Shown piece by piece: positions 1-12,309 of a DNA stretch of 64,000 bases. Numbering within the stretch: the first letter of the stretch is position 1; every line of letters begins with the position of its first letter. Origin of the DNA: Selaginella moellendorffii (Eukaryota; Plantae; Lycopodiophyta); contig NW_003314330.1 in NCBI RefSeq assembly GCF_000143415.4, positions 968,228 through 1,032,227 on the forward strand, given 5' to 3'. Under the pieces are notes generated by a model. It saw only the letters and a program-made list of their open reading frames with translations, made no database searches and was not told the origin of the DNA. Position numbers and translations under genes: made by a program.

Positions 1-1369
1 GGCAGTCGCCGAGAAGCACACGATCAATGGCAGACTGGTAAGCTCACTCGCTCTCTCCTAGAACAAAATTTTTCTAGGACTTTGGGTTTTAGTCCCTGGT
101 CGGGTCGGGTGAATGTCGTCGTTATAACTAGTGCTAGTTGTGTCTGTCCCTTTTTTTTTCGACTCTACATAGGTGGAAGCAAAGAAAGCTGTGCCAAGAG
201 ATGAGCAGCAGACTATTCCTAGGAGCAGCATCAGTAGCGGTGGCCAGAGTCCAGGGGGTGGTCAGGGTAGGACAAAAAAGATTTTTGTGGGTGGCTTAGC
301 GTCAACTGTCACAGAAGAGGAGTTTCGAGGATATTTTGAGCAATTTGGTACTATTTCAGATGCAGTGGTCATGTATGATCACACCACGCAGCGGCCCAGG
401 GGATTCGGCTTCATCACTTTCGACTCCGAGGACTCGGTCGAAGCGGTGCTCATGAAGTCGTTCCACGAGCTGAAAGACAAGATGGTTGAAGTGAAGCGGG
501 CAGTTCCAAGGGACCAGTCCACCCCGAGCGTGAAGCCGATCAACACACTGGCCGGGATGGGAAGAGCTTACGGACAGGGATACCCGAGCCCGCAGATATA
601 CGGTGGCCGTCCGGATGGAAGATTTGGAGCAGTGCCTGCGAGAGGCGCTTATCCTTATCCCGCCGGTGGCTATCCAGGCTACGCAGGAGCGGGGTATATG
701 ATGAACGGGAGCTACGCAGGTGGATATCCAGGGGGCTACGCTACTGGTGCTGGATATGGCGGAGCAGCAGGCTATGGAAACGGCGGGGGAAGCAGTCCAG
801 GATATGGAAACAACTTGAGTAGAAGCGCTTGGCCTGGAGCGGCCGGAGGCTATGGAAGCTCGCAGGGATACGGCGGTGGCGGTGGCGGATATGGAGCGGC
901 GGGGATGTGGGGCTCGGCGACGCAAGCTCAAGGTGGCAGCGGCGGCTATGGTGGCTACTACAGTAACGATAATGGCTACGGTTCTAGCGGGGCGGGTTAC
1001 GGTGGTCGAGGCTATGGTAGCAGTCCTGGAGGGTATGGAAGCACAGGCACAGGGCCAGGGAGTGGGAGCTATGCGGCAGGGGGTGGTAGCTACAATGGTG
1101 GAGGATACGCGGATGGGTATGGAAGCGCGGGGTATGCTGATGGTGGTAACTGGGGTGGCGATGGTGGCTACAGTGGTGGCGGTGGTGCCGGAGCCAATGG
1201 TAGCTATGACTTGAATGGTGGTAACGGTGGTGAGAATGGTGAAGGTGGCGGGTACGGTGGTGGGAATGGTAGCACCGGCTATGGTGGCGCTGCGAACCGG
1301 CAGTCGTCCCAGAGAGGAGGCGCGGATACTCGCTTCCGTCCTTACCCGGCGACGAGTGACCGCAGCTAG
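1..1369 (+). CDS. hnRNP A/B (Musashi-like) RRM protein with Gly/Tyr-rich C-terminus; 5' end lies outside the window
   Basis: Exon ending at 37 (AVAEKHTINGRL), GT-AG intron 38-172, exon 173-1369. RNP2 KIFVGGL and RNP1 RGFGFITF, followed by a GYG-rich low-complexity tail. Confidence 0.9.
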
Positions 1370-1490
1370 AGAGTGTAGCTAACCTTGGTTTTGTGTAATT
1401 TGAGTGTATTGTCGCAGGGCTGCTTTAAAACTAAATAATCTTTTGGAAATCTTTAGTTTCTACTTTTATTATCAAAGTAAAAGCTTAGTG

Positions 1491-2006
1491 CTAGATTATA
1501 CAAGAGTTACGAGTGTAAAACACCAAGTAATAAGTTCCAAGACCTCTGGCACTTAAAATCCCTATGCTCGATGCAAAGCTGCCAGTTCCACTTATCATTG
1601 GAAAAGTAAACATTGATCCAGTTGCAGCTCTTGGGCCAGCAATTCTGAAGGTTCCTGTAATTGAACTGTAATTAAGCCTGAAGAAATCATTCAGGAAGTA
1701 AGCCCCGTTTTTATAAGATTTCCATAACCACAGGAGAGTTAAATTGTGGGGTAGCAGTGAGCCTATCTCTAAAAGAAGAGGCATAACCAGCAACCACCAC
1801 CAAGAACAGCTCCACCCTTAACTTGAGAGGAATTTGTTGGATATCTGACTATTTGCAAATAAAAAGTAACATTTTGCCTTGCTGAACATGTAGATGCCTG
1901 CACTCACTAATAAATATTTTGTTAAAACGAAGCTTCTAGTAATTACCAGAATAGAGGGAGTGAAAACAGTAAGCAAAACTGAAATGATGAAGATTAGAGA
2001 TGACAT
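1491..2006 (-). pseudogene. Possible degenerate MFS transporter fragment (glycerol-3-phosphate permease/SLC37-like)
   Basis: Two broken hydrophobic ORFs. ISGTGSFASSIG and MFSKAKCYFLF loosely resemble G3Pp motifs IDGTGSxGAxxG and FFAKLVAYTF. Weak match by eye. Confidence 0.25.
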
Positions 2007-2536
2007 ATTTCTAAAGTTTTTATTTAAATCTACATAACTTAACTAAATGATTCGATCTGATTAGTTTGACTAAAGGTAGAATACTAGTCACTATTATTTT
2101 TAATCTTCCAGTTATTTTTAATCTTCCGAACAGTTTGTTAATAGAAAGCCTAAAGTCTAAACTATGAAAACTCGCACAAAAATTGATATTTTCCTGTATT
2201 GCAATATTCTCGCCCTTCTAAAATGTATGCCTTTAGAACATTTTTCATTGTATAGTTTCCGTAATGACCTAGAGGTTGCTTGAATCTCAAAATATATCAT
2301 GTGCAAAAAACGTAGGGGTATCAGAGGGCATCTGTTAGATTTTAAAAAGTTAGGACACCAGAGAGAAACACCATCGAACTTTTTACTTACCTTCTTATCA
2401 CTTTGTAAGTTGCACTTGAGAGATTGTTCCTCATTTGGATCTAAATCCAAAACATCAAGAACGTAACTGTAAGGGTTCAGCTGAACCTGACTGGAATCTA
2501 CACATCCAGATCCAGCAACGAATGAAACCATCAAAC

Positions 2537-4267
2537 CTATGCCACTTCCTTCTTCGTACCTTGTTGTTCCTCGGCTTTGATTTGCGAGGTGTTGAGATTT
2601 TCCTCCGGAACGAGTGAAGTAGCAGAAGCTCCAGTAGCCAGATAAGACTCTGCAATTCGCTGCTGGACATTTGCAAGGTGAAACTCAGCAAGCTTCCGCT
2701 GAAGAGCTGCTGCAAGTTCTTCTTCGCCTAACGCTCTCGAGATCGCTTGATCTTGCAGATGGTACTTCAAAGCTGCACGGAAAATCAATCACCGAGAGCG
2801 ATATCAAACCAAGATTTTTGAAATACCGGTGCTTTGCTGGTGTCGATTGCGATCGAAGTTCCGGCTTTGCAAAGGCTTCGCGTCTGGATCCGCTTTTCTG
2901 CAAAGAAGACCGACAGACACATTTTATACCCCACCACCTTTCGTGAAAAGAAAACGAGAGAAAAAAGCTTACTTCTCGTTGCCATGTCTGCCTTTCTCTT
3001 TGTACGGCTTCACTAGAACACGGGCTCCACATATGTAGTGCGGGTTTCCCTCCGCCAGGATTGTCCGTACGGTCTCCGAGTACGTAAAGGTGACGAAGCC
3101 AAACATTCTCTTTTGCTGGTAAGGAATCCTCACGTCTTGTACGGGCCCGAAAGAACTGAGCAATGAAAAGAAAAGAATCATGAATAAAACAATGATGCGA
3201 TTTTCTTCTCAATCACATACCTGAAGTGTGTAGTAACATCCTCCTCGGAGAAGCCACTCTCCGCTGGAAAAGTTAGATAGATTTGCCTGGAGCTGGGATT
3301 CGCAGCGATCGCGCTCGAGTCTTGTCCATATGCCATAAACTTGTGAGCGTCCTCGGCAAGAACAACAGCGTGCTGACCATGAGGCCTGGAAAGATATCAA
3401 ACACAAAGAGATGAAAGCTTTGATGATTGAGATCGACGAGTTCTCTTGGTATATATACCTGTCGAGGAGAGTTACTGTAGCTCGCAGCTTGATGAGGAGC
3501 TTGGTGAGGCTGTGCCCAGCTTTCCCATGCCTCTGGCTCTCGGTCAAGTATCCATCAGCCTGCAAGGACTTCCCAAACTTCTCGTGGTAGAGCTGGGGCA
3601 GCGACGCGATCGACACGGGCGTTCTCCTCCCGGTGAGAAGCTCACGCAGCTCGGCTTCCAATCCAGCCAGAGAATCCACCATCGATGATCCTGTGAGATC
3701 GCTGGAAGAACTGGCGGGAGGAGGATTGCTGGCATTGCTGCCACCACTGCTAGTGCTGCTGTTGCTGATTTTCTCCAGCGATTCATCGCCGGATGATACG
3801 TGAAGGAACCGGCACGCGCTACCGTGCTTGCAGTATCCTCTCGCGAAATAGAGGCATGGCTTCCACGAGGGAGACGAAGGTGACGTGGCATTGACCGCGG
3901 CGACGTGGTCAGCGCGCGTCAACTTCTCGAGGTAGCTCGGCCTCTCCCATATGTCGCTCAAATCCTGTACCGGGGACTGGCTTCCAAGACCAAGAACTTG
4001 CGATCCCTCGGCACCGAGACATGGGATCGAATCGATCGCGAGCGCCTGATCGTCAGCGCTGCCACCGCCGCTTGAGATCAATCCCAGCTCCTGCTTGGCT
4101 CTGGCGACGAATGCCTCCACCACCGAATCGGAGCTGCGAGCCAGCTCAAGCATCTCTTTCTCGCTAATGTCTTGCAGCAGCAAGTAGCCCATGATCTTGA
4201 GCACGTTTGCCGAGTCGAGGCATTGGACGCGCGTGTAGACCGCGCGGCGGGCCTCCTCCACATCCAT
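2537..4267 (-). CDS. CCCH zinc finger + OST-HTH/LOTUS + RRM protein (C3H46/C3H53-like), spliced
   Basis: N-terminal [10 protein letters not shown] motif; [19 protein letters not shown] finger; [24 protein letters not shown]; RRM with [14 protein letters not shown]. Exons approx. 4267-3459, 3385-3221 and 3155-2973, plus short 3' exons ending at 2537. Confidence 0.88.
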
Positions 4268-4631
4268 CGCGACTGGGGTCGATCAACAAGCGAGAAAGAA
4301 GATCCGAGAAAGAAGATCCGAGAAAGCTCAAGAAAAACTTAGCGTTACCTGATGATCGATCGCTGGAAGAAGACAAATGGAGGCAGGGTCATTCTAGCGA
4401 GGACAAAGATCGCCGAGCAAGATTGGAAGGCGCCCCATTCGCGCGATTCACACCATCGCGGCGAGCATTCTCTCTCTCAGTGAAACCTCAGCTCACTCCA
4501 GCGGCGCCGCCCCACCCATCGGTTTCAGCGGCGCCACCACGCCCCGGCGGCGCAACCAAAATTAGGCTCTGACTGTCGGCTGCATGTCCGCCGTCGATTG
4601 CTCCATCCAACGGCGCTAATCTCAGCGGCGG

Positions 4632-4716
4632 AGAATATCCGCGTGCCCTGCCCAACACGTGGCGCGATGCGTGGCTAACTAGAATCCCGCCGCGTGGCAA
4701 TCCAACACGTGGCGCG
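4632..4716. promoter_or_regulatory. Duplicated ABRE/G-box cluster in the divergent promoter between the C3H and PPR genes
   Basis: ACACGTGGC at 4655 and 4705 within an imperfect ~50 bp duplication, plus GCGTGGC/CGCGTGGC motifs. Confidence 0.5.
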
Positions 4717-4758
4717 AGCTTTCACGAGCCGTACCACTGTCCTGTCCGCTACCTAATT

Positions 4759-6537
4759 ATGGACGGGCATTTAGGCCGCACGGCTGTCGTGGTGGAGAAC
4801 AAGAAGATCGACCTGTACGGACGGCGTGGCAGCGTGAGAGAGGCGAGGGAGATTTTCGACGCCATAGCTGACAAGAATGCCTACTCGTGGGTGTTGATGC
4901 TCTGCGCCTATTCGCGCAATGGGCTCGTCCGGGAGGCCAAGCTCGTCTTCGATGGAATGCCCGAGCACACCATCGTCTCGCGCAACGCCATGCTCGTCGC
5001 CTTCGCCCAGAACGGATTCGTGGACGACGCGCAGCGCCTGTTTGATTCCATGCCCTGGCGCGACATTGTGTCGTGGAATTCGCTCCTCGCGGCGTATGCC
5101 AAGCTGGGGCAAATCCACACGGCGGAGCTTCTCTTTCGATTGATGCCGGACAGGAATCTCGTCACCTGGAACTCTCTCTTATCAGCTTTTGCGAAAGGTG
5201 GCAATGCTCTGGAGGCCAGGAGGATGTTTTCCGCCATGCCACAGTGGGATCTTTTCTCCTGGAACTCGCTTCTTGCAGCAGTTGCCCAACTTGGGCATAT
5301 AGAATCAGTGAAAACAATTTTTGATCGAATGCCTGAGCGTGATGGGGTGTCGTGGAATTCCGTTTTGAATCTTTTTTGTCAAACCGGATATATCCACCAT
5401 GCTGAAACACTGTTCGAAAAAATGCCGCAGCATAATCTTGTCAGCTGGACCTTGATGCTTGTAGCCAATGCCCAATTGGGGCATTTGCGAAAAACAAAGA
5501 GTCTGTGGTTAAAGATGCCGCAAAGAGATCTGGTTTCCTGGACGACCATGATCAACGCATGTGTCGCGCACGGCGATTTTGCTGAGGCCAAGCGACTGTT
5601 TGACGACATGCCGCAGAGGGATTCGGTATCGCAGACTGCCATGGTTGCAGCTTATGCCCAATGCGGGCATCTTGATCTTGCGACGCGATTGTTACAGGAT
5701 ATGCCTCGGCACAATCTTCTGTGTTGGAACGCAATCCTCGCGGCGACCGCTGCTGAAGGCCGGATAAGTAGAGCAAGCCAGATCTTTGAGGAAATGCCCG
5801 AGCAAGACATCGTTTCTTGGAGCACCATGCTTTCGGCATATGCCCAGAACGGTCTCTTGGACGAAGCCAAGCAAACTTTTGGACTGATGCCTCAGCACAA
5901 CTCCACGTCTTCGACAGCCATGCTTGCGTCGTATGCGCAGCACAAGCAGCTGCGAGAGTCCAAGGTTTTGTTCGACAACATGCTGGAACGCGACGTGGTT
6001 TCGTGGACTGCGATGCTCGCAGCGTATGCTCACAATGGTCACGTCAGGCATTCCGAAAGGCTGTTTGAGTCGCTTCCCGAACGGGACACCATCTGCTGGA
6101 GCGCTATGCTTGCCGCTCTTGTTCAAAACGGGCTCTACTTGGAAGCTTTTGTTGTTTTTGACGAGATGAAGATGGCGGGATCAATTGACAAGGTGTGTTT
6201 TGTATCGATCCTCATTGCTTGCAGCCAGGGAGGGAAGGTTTCCACTGCAAAATCGCTCTTCGTGTCGATGAGTCTTGATTTTGGGTTTCAACCGAGCAAG
6301 CAGCACTATTGCTGCATGATCGATGTCTTTGGGCGAGCCGGGCATTTGGAAAATGCGCAAGATCTTGTAGCTAACATGCCATATGTACCAGATTCGATTC
6401 AGTGGAGGTGCTTGTTTGGAGCAAGCCGAAGTAACAATGATGCTCAACATGGAGCTTCGGTTGCTAGGGAAATAATCGGACTAGAAAAAGAACATTCTGC
6501 TTCATATAAGCTATTTGCCAACTTGATAAGGTTGTAA
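4759..6537 (+). CDS. Pentatricopeptide repeat protein, PLS class with many short (S-type) motifs and an E-like C-terminus, no DYW; intronless
   Basis: Repeated ~31-aa motifs (LFDxMPxRDxVSWNxxLxAYAQxG); terminal HYCCMIDVFGRAG...MPYVPD...W..L motif. Confidence 0.92.
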   Translation: MDGHLGRTAVVVENKKIDLYGRRGSVREAREIFDAIADKNAYSWVLMLCAYSRNGLVREAKLVFDGMPEHTIVSRNAMLVAFAQNGFVDDAQRLFDSMPWRDIVSWNSLLAAYAKLGQIHTAELLFRLMPDRNLVTWNSLLSAFAKGGNALEARRMFSAMPQWDLFSWNSLLAAVAQLGHIESVKTIFDRMPERDGVSWNSVLNLFCQTGYIHHAETLFEKMPQHNLVSWTLMLVANAQLGHLRKTKSLWLKMPQRDLVSWTTMINACVAHGDFAEAKRLFDDMPQRDSVSQTAMVAAYAQCGHLDLATRLLQDMPRHNLLCWNAILAATAAEGRISRASQIFEEMPEQDIVSWSTMLSAYAQNGLLDEAKQTFGLMPQHNSTSSTAMLASYAQHKQLRESKVLFDNMLERDVVSWTAMLAAYAHNGHVRHSERLFESLPERDTICWSAMLAALVQNGLYLEAFVVFDEMKMAGSIDKVCFVSILIACSQGGKVSTAKSLFVSMSLDFGFQPSKQHYCCMIDVFGRAGHLENAQDLVANMPYVPDSIQWRCLFGASRSNNDAQHGASVAREIIGLEKEHSASYKLFANLIRL

Positions 6538-6733
6538 TTTTTTTTATTTATCCGTCATTTAGGCCCTTTAGTTTGAATAAACTGTAAATCTATACCTTTA
6601 GTTTTAACATAACTAACCGCTATTCTTACCTTTAATCTGGGATACTTACAAAATGTATGGCGAGATTACCAATAAAATGTAGTGAATTTAACAATGTTCT
6701 GTGTTTTCTGAAACAGGTTATTTGGAAAATATT

Positions 6734-7918
6734 ATGGCTGGTGTGAGAGCAATGGTGGATTTGGGTATAGATCATGTACCAAATGAATATTTGACATCCA
6801 TATGCAAAGGCATAACCATCAAAGCTCCAAACAACCTCCCAATTATTGACTTAAGTGGCATAGATAGTGATGATTTGAAAAGAAAATCAGCAGCTGAAGC
6901 AATTCATCTAGCATGCCAGAAATGGGGTTTTTTCCAGGTAAATAATCTCTTCTGAAATGCTTTGCAAATTGTTCTAGTCAGGTCATCGGCCATGGGATAT
7001 CTAACGAGCTTATGCAAGACATCATCAAAATGGTCCATTACTTCTTTAACTTGCCTGCCAAGGAAAGGATGGTTTACTACTCAACAGATATCTACAAGAG
7101 CTTTAGATTCTCCACAGGATCCATAGCAAGTGCAAAGAAGAAGTTTTGGAGCGACTATTTGTTCCAGCACTGTCAGCCAGCACTTCACGAGGATGATGTA
7201 CCAGAAAATATTCCAAATTACAGGTACAAACTTTCCTTTAACAGATCTTCTTCTTTTTTTCTTCTGTTTTAACACTATATATTCATTATAACAAAGGAAA
7301 ATTACAAGCAATTACGCCAAGGCTGTGGACGAACTTGCCAGAAAACTATTGCGAATTATTGCTCAAAACCTTGGTCTAGGTTGGCAGATCCTGGAGAAAC
7401 ACTTGGATCCTCCCAAGCAAACCATGAAGATGACATATTATCCACAGTGTCCATACCCTGATCAAGCAATTGGCATAGGTTGCCATGCTGATCCAGGAAC
7501 CATAACGGTATTACAACAAGAACTTGGAGTTGAGGGCCTTGAGGTTAACTACAATGGCCAATGGATTCCTGTGAAGCCAGTTGAAGGCGCATTAGTCATT
7601 AATGTAGCAGACATGCTCCAGGTGAAATAATTTGATGACATTTTCTATGAGCTCTTAGTTTCCCTCTTACAGATACTAAGCAACAATAAATATAAGAGTG
7701 CGGAGCATCGAGTTCTAGTGAACACTAAGAGGCCACGAGTTTCAATTGCTTCATTTTATGGTCCTACAGATGATAAACATATTGCCCCACTGGAGGAGTT
7801 GCTAGGTGACAATCCTCCCATGTTCAAAGCATGCTTGTTCAGAGAGTACATGGACAGCTTCTACAAGAACCACCTTGGGACGCGAAACATTGAGACACTC
7901 AGAATCCTAAACAACTGA
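6734..7918 (+). CDS. 2-oxoglutarate/Fe(II) dioxygenase (DOXC; DMR6/F3H-like), intact copy 1
   Basis: Exons 6734-6937, 6982-7223, 7297-7621, 7673-7918. Motifs LPIIDLS, ACQKWGFFQ, WSDYLFQHC, YYPQCP, HAD, distal H (AEHRV) and RVS. Confidence 0.9.
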
Positions 7919-8210
7919 TTATAGGAAACATATTGTCATGATAATACATTAATCCGATCCTAATATCATTAATACTACTAAGGCTGGCATGACTGTGGCA
8001 TTCCATCTGAAAGCTGTTTTACAACAGAGTTCGTGCAGTTTATATACTATATTCTTTCACGGGACTCTTGTTTGCATGTTGCTGTCCAAGAAGGCTGCAT
8101 GCTCAAAGCCAAAGCAAAGGCTGCACAACATTTCCCGTCTACACAAGGAGTTTCTTCTCCTCTTGGTAGCAGTCGATTATAGCAAGGGAGAGAAGTTTCA
8201 GAGCTGTGCA

Positions 8211-8893
8211 ATGGCTGCATTGTTGAGATCCTTCGTTGTTCTCCTGGTATACAGATTAGCTCATTACTCCACTCCATTGATGTTTCTTCGGTCCATTCCC
8301 AGTAATGAATTTTGTTGTTTTCTCGTAGCTTGTCGTCGTCGCGGTGGAAGCGCGCTCCTGGTCTCCGCTCTACGGCACCAACGCGGGTGTGGGATTCAAC
8401 GACACGAGTTCTTCCTCGGCGATCAAAACGCTCACCGGAATCCGCGTACACTACGGCTGGGTGATCGACGGCATCCAGGGACAATACACCACCGGCAGCT
8501 CTTCAACCTGGATGCCTAACCACGGCACAACCACGCAATTCACAGAGGTCAGTCGCCCAAAAGAACCAAAATGAGCGTTTCTAATTTCAATCATTCCATT
8601 CCATGACGCAGATCCAACTCGCCTATCCGTCGGAGAGGTTCGTGCGCGCCACTGGCAAGTACGGGCCGTACAGCAGCGAGAAGAACCAGGGTGTCACGGT
8701 GACGGAGCTGTCGTTCGTCACGTACAACAACATCACCGGCACGAGCGTCACGTACGGCCCGTACGGCGGGCATGAGATGAGCAGCCAGACGAGCTTCCAG
8801 ACGGCGGACGCGAGCGAGATCGTGGGCTTGTATGGATTCACCTCGGACTACATGCGCGGAATTGGTTTCGCGCTCGAGCCTGCCAAGAACTAG
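8211..8893 (+). CDS. Signal-peptide-bearing jacalin-related lectin, copy 1
   Basis: Exons 8211-8246, 8329-8547, 8612-8893. Hydrophobic leader MAALLRSFVVLLLVVVAVEA; jacalin motifs VIDGIQ, ATGKYG, GPYGG, IVGLYG, RGIGF. Confidence 0.8.
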
Positions 8894-9223
8894 AAACTTG
8901 GATATAGATGATTAATCATCATACCATGAATCTATCTATCTACCAACCATTGCTAATTTACAGTTGAACTTGAGAATGTAGCCACTGTTTCAATAGTCTT
9001 GCGCCAATTACGCGTAGATGCGATAAATCCTCCTGAGCGAGGAGCACTTTGAGCTTGGAGCTGCAGAGCTCATAAAGTCAATGGAAGGCAAAAAAAGTCC
9101 AAGAAAGCCTCTATTACCTTTATTGACCTTGACAAATTGAGTTGAGTTGTCCGTTAATATTGTTACTACTGTTTATTACTTAATCTTTTAAGGTAACTTC
9201 CAGATATCAGTATGTATCAGATG

Positions 9224-9719
9224 TCAATATGGTTTCTGGCCTATATAATTTCCTGGCGGATCATAGTTGCAACTAACAAGATAAGAATTCATACCATTGC
9301 ACTGGACATAAGCGCATCCGACTCGAACAGAGCGTGTAGTGTCCACAGACCTTCCCCGCCGCGCAAGTGTTTGACGCATAGTTGTAGTCGACTTGCTCGT
9401 TCACCCAGGCAGCCACAGCGTCAGTGGCGGGAGGAGCAGGCAAGCCGGGACTTCCCCACCACTGCCACAGATTCTCTCCATATCTCCCACCCGAGTGGAT
9501 CAGCGCGCAGTTCTTTTGATCCCGGAGAGTTGCCGCCCAGCTTGATGCAAACGCGGGCACTGTATCGTCCCAAACCAACCCCGAGACATTCACAGCCGGC
9601 CGAGCTGCGTTGTGCGCGTCGACAAGATCACTCTGCTGGCTTGCTTGAAGAACAACCAAAGCATCACAAGAGACGATCGCCAGAGTTGCAAAGAGGAGAG
9701 GAGAGCAAGGAGATTTCAT
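9224..9719 (-). pseudogene. PR-1/CAP protein, copy 1, frameshifted
   Basis: Near-identical to copies 2 and 3 but lacks 17 bp (TTCTTCCACACAACCTG on +) after GHYT, which shifts the frame. Length 496 bp versus 513 bp. Confidence 0.9.
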
Positions 9720-10649
9720 GTTGCTGGGGCGATGTTCACAATCAAGAGCAAACTCCTACGGTTATATGCAAAGTCGTTGTTCTGATCGAGTTTTTCCACT
9801 TGTGGCGCCGACTTAGCGCTTGCGATTGTACACGATTTTTTGCTGTGACGGTGACCCATGATTCGAGTACGTTTTAGTTTGGTGCTCCATGACTTTAGCC
9901 GCCTCTTTTTCTTCCACTGCTCGAGGAGCTTCTCTTCCGGACACCCTCTGGATACAAATTCATGGATCTTTCTTTGGCAGTTTCCTCAAGCAACTTGAAT
10001 CATCCACATGAATCCATTACCAACACTTCAGTGTTTGCGTGAACTAACTGTATCCCACACAAAGGATTCTATTTTGTATTCAAGGTGGTGGTGATGGTCT
10101 TTATCTTGGGATTAAAGACTGCAAAATAAGCATACAAACCATGACAGACAGCAGTTGGTCCTTGTCAGCGATTTAAACAGCGAAGCAAACATTCCAGGCT
10201 CAGTAATCTAGTCTAATCCTCGAAACCAAAGAAAAAAAACCCGTGCAATCGCAAATCTCTCACTTGCACATGTTCCATCCACCCCCAAGATTTTTGACAC
10301 ATTTTATTACACTGGTTGGTGTGCCAACATCGCCAACTTTGAGAGATTTTAAGACACCCCAAAAGAGCAAATCATTCTATCGTCTCTTTTGAATTCATCT
10401 TCACTTGAGTGAATCTGAGAGAGAGGAAAGAGAAAAGTTACAGAATTGAAAGAAAATCTTATATAACACACCGGTGGGTAATCCTGTCTTCTACTCCTAA
10501 AAAATCTCCTTGTTTCCTAGTGGGGCTCGATCTGTACAGCTTTGTTTTTGTTCTTCCATCGTCACTCTCAAACTTTTCTCAAATCTCTTCCAGTGTGAAG
10601 CTTCACAAAACGAAAAAAAGAAGAATTACATTAGAGCCATCAATCCTAA

Positions 10650-11400
10650 ATGCGGCACCCCCGTCCCCGCTGTCCACGTCATACGCCGCGTTGGTAGCCT
10701 CCCCCATGTCCAGGGGTTCGATTCCCGGCGCCGACGCCCTCGGGAGGAGGTCGCGGGGTCGATTCCAGTGGGCGCGCCGGGATGGTCGAGTGGAGGACCC
10801 CGAGAGGAGTGAAGCTCTTCTTGATCACCCCGAGGAGACCGATCGGCTGCGCCACAGGCGATCGCGATCGGCGTGCACGCCGCGGTGGTGGAAATCGTCG
10901 TTCCGGGCCCGGGAGGGAACAAATTCGTCTCCACGGCGCCGTTGTGGCTGGATTTTCTTCCTCTTGCGCAGCCCAAAGAAGGAGGAGATCCAGGAGAGCT
11001 TGCCGCCGCCGCCGCTGTGGTGATGGGGATTCCTGGCGCCGCGATGATCCCTGTAAACGTGATGAGCCACGGGCGTGGCGGATGCCGATACCAGGGGACT
11101 GTGATAGGACCCGGCGGCATTTGCCTTGCAGTTCCGCGTGGAGAAGAATCCATCCGCTGGAAACCCTCCTTCCCCCCCATTTCTTGAATCGGGAGCGGCA
11201 AATCGAGCAAATGTTGGTGCTGGAGCTCCGCCGCGGCGGGTGCTGCTGCTGCCACTGCGAGAGAGGAATTCGGTGGCTGCTGGAAGAATCGCCCGAGAGA
11301 GAGAGCCGGAGGAGGCGATCCCGGAGGCACAAGTGACCGGCTGCCTCTTGCTGGGATGAACCAAGCACACGCCTGGATCCATCGCCAAATCGATCTAGTA
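10650..11400 (-). pseudogene. Internally deleted copy of the DUF740/OCTOPUS-like gene
   Basis: Colinear with 40720-42130 but has several deletions, loses the CHLC residues and the 3' end, and is frameshifted. Confidence 0.85.
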
Positions 11401-11580
11401 GCAGCTCGCGTTGGGAGGATACCACCGCAAAAATCCCGTCGACATGGCCCGCCCGCGTTGTCGGTGAGTGAATTGGGTGTGATCGATCTTGTTGCCAATC
11501 TTTGTCTCGGATCCAAATGGACAGCCATGGAGCGCACTTTTGGATGGCGCCACCACGAAGCTCGAGCCAAGCAGCGGACG

Positions 11581-12050
11581 TGAAGGAGAAGTCACCGTTC
11601 CGGTGTCAAGCCGCGTGTCTTGCAGTGGATGTATATCTGCATCCTGGCTAACCAAAGCCCAAGAACGTCAACTTTCCGTTTCAAGTTGGAATTTTTGGTG
11701 ACCATCCGACGGTTGCAGAGGTACTCTTGTAACTTCGCTAATTTTCCGTTCACAGGAAAGGGGGACATCATTGCTTTGGGAACTGATGGCCTTTTTGACA
11801 ATCTCTTCAACGACGACATAACCGAAGTTCTTAAAAATTCTCTTGGGTCCGACCAAGTCAACTTGAAGGTGAACTCTCGCTGTTGACGAATCTCAAGATC
11901 ACCAGGCAGCTGCAGCAGACCGTGTAGCTGGGGCTCAGGCCGAGCGTTTGGACAGCCCGTTTGCCAGGGCGGCTGCAAAGGCGAGAATGAATTGGAGCGG
12001 TGGAAAGCTAGATGATACCACGGCAGTTGTGGCGTTTGTGACGTGATATT
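11581..12050 (+). pseudogene. PP2C (PTC7-like) phosphatase remnant, copy 1
   Basis: GDIIALGTDGLFDNLFNDDI and GGKLDDTTAVVAFV in broken frames. Confidence 0.7.
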
Positions 12051-12309
12051 AAGGGTAAACTTTTCAACCAGTTTTTGTGGAGGCCAGTGGAGCAGGGCAA
12101 GAAGGCATAATTTGGCTCACACCACTCCTCCTTGCAGCTTTCCTGAGCCTCAACACGGACGGAAATCCCACTTTGTCAACTGATGATTTGGTACTGATGA
12201 GCTGAGCAGCTGCCGCTGCCAATGAAGCATGCAAGCAGCATAAAGATTGGCAAGATGTAGCCTCTCATTCTCATGATCAAAAGGTCACCCCCTGGTTGAT
12301 GGAAAAGTA

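Noticed and set aside
9212-9877. Long antisense ORFs over PR-1 (also 34848-35354 and 39427-39933) and other GC-rich genes
   Set aside because: Shadow ORFs of GC-rich coding sequence, conserved only because of recent duplication.
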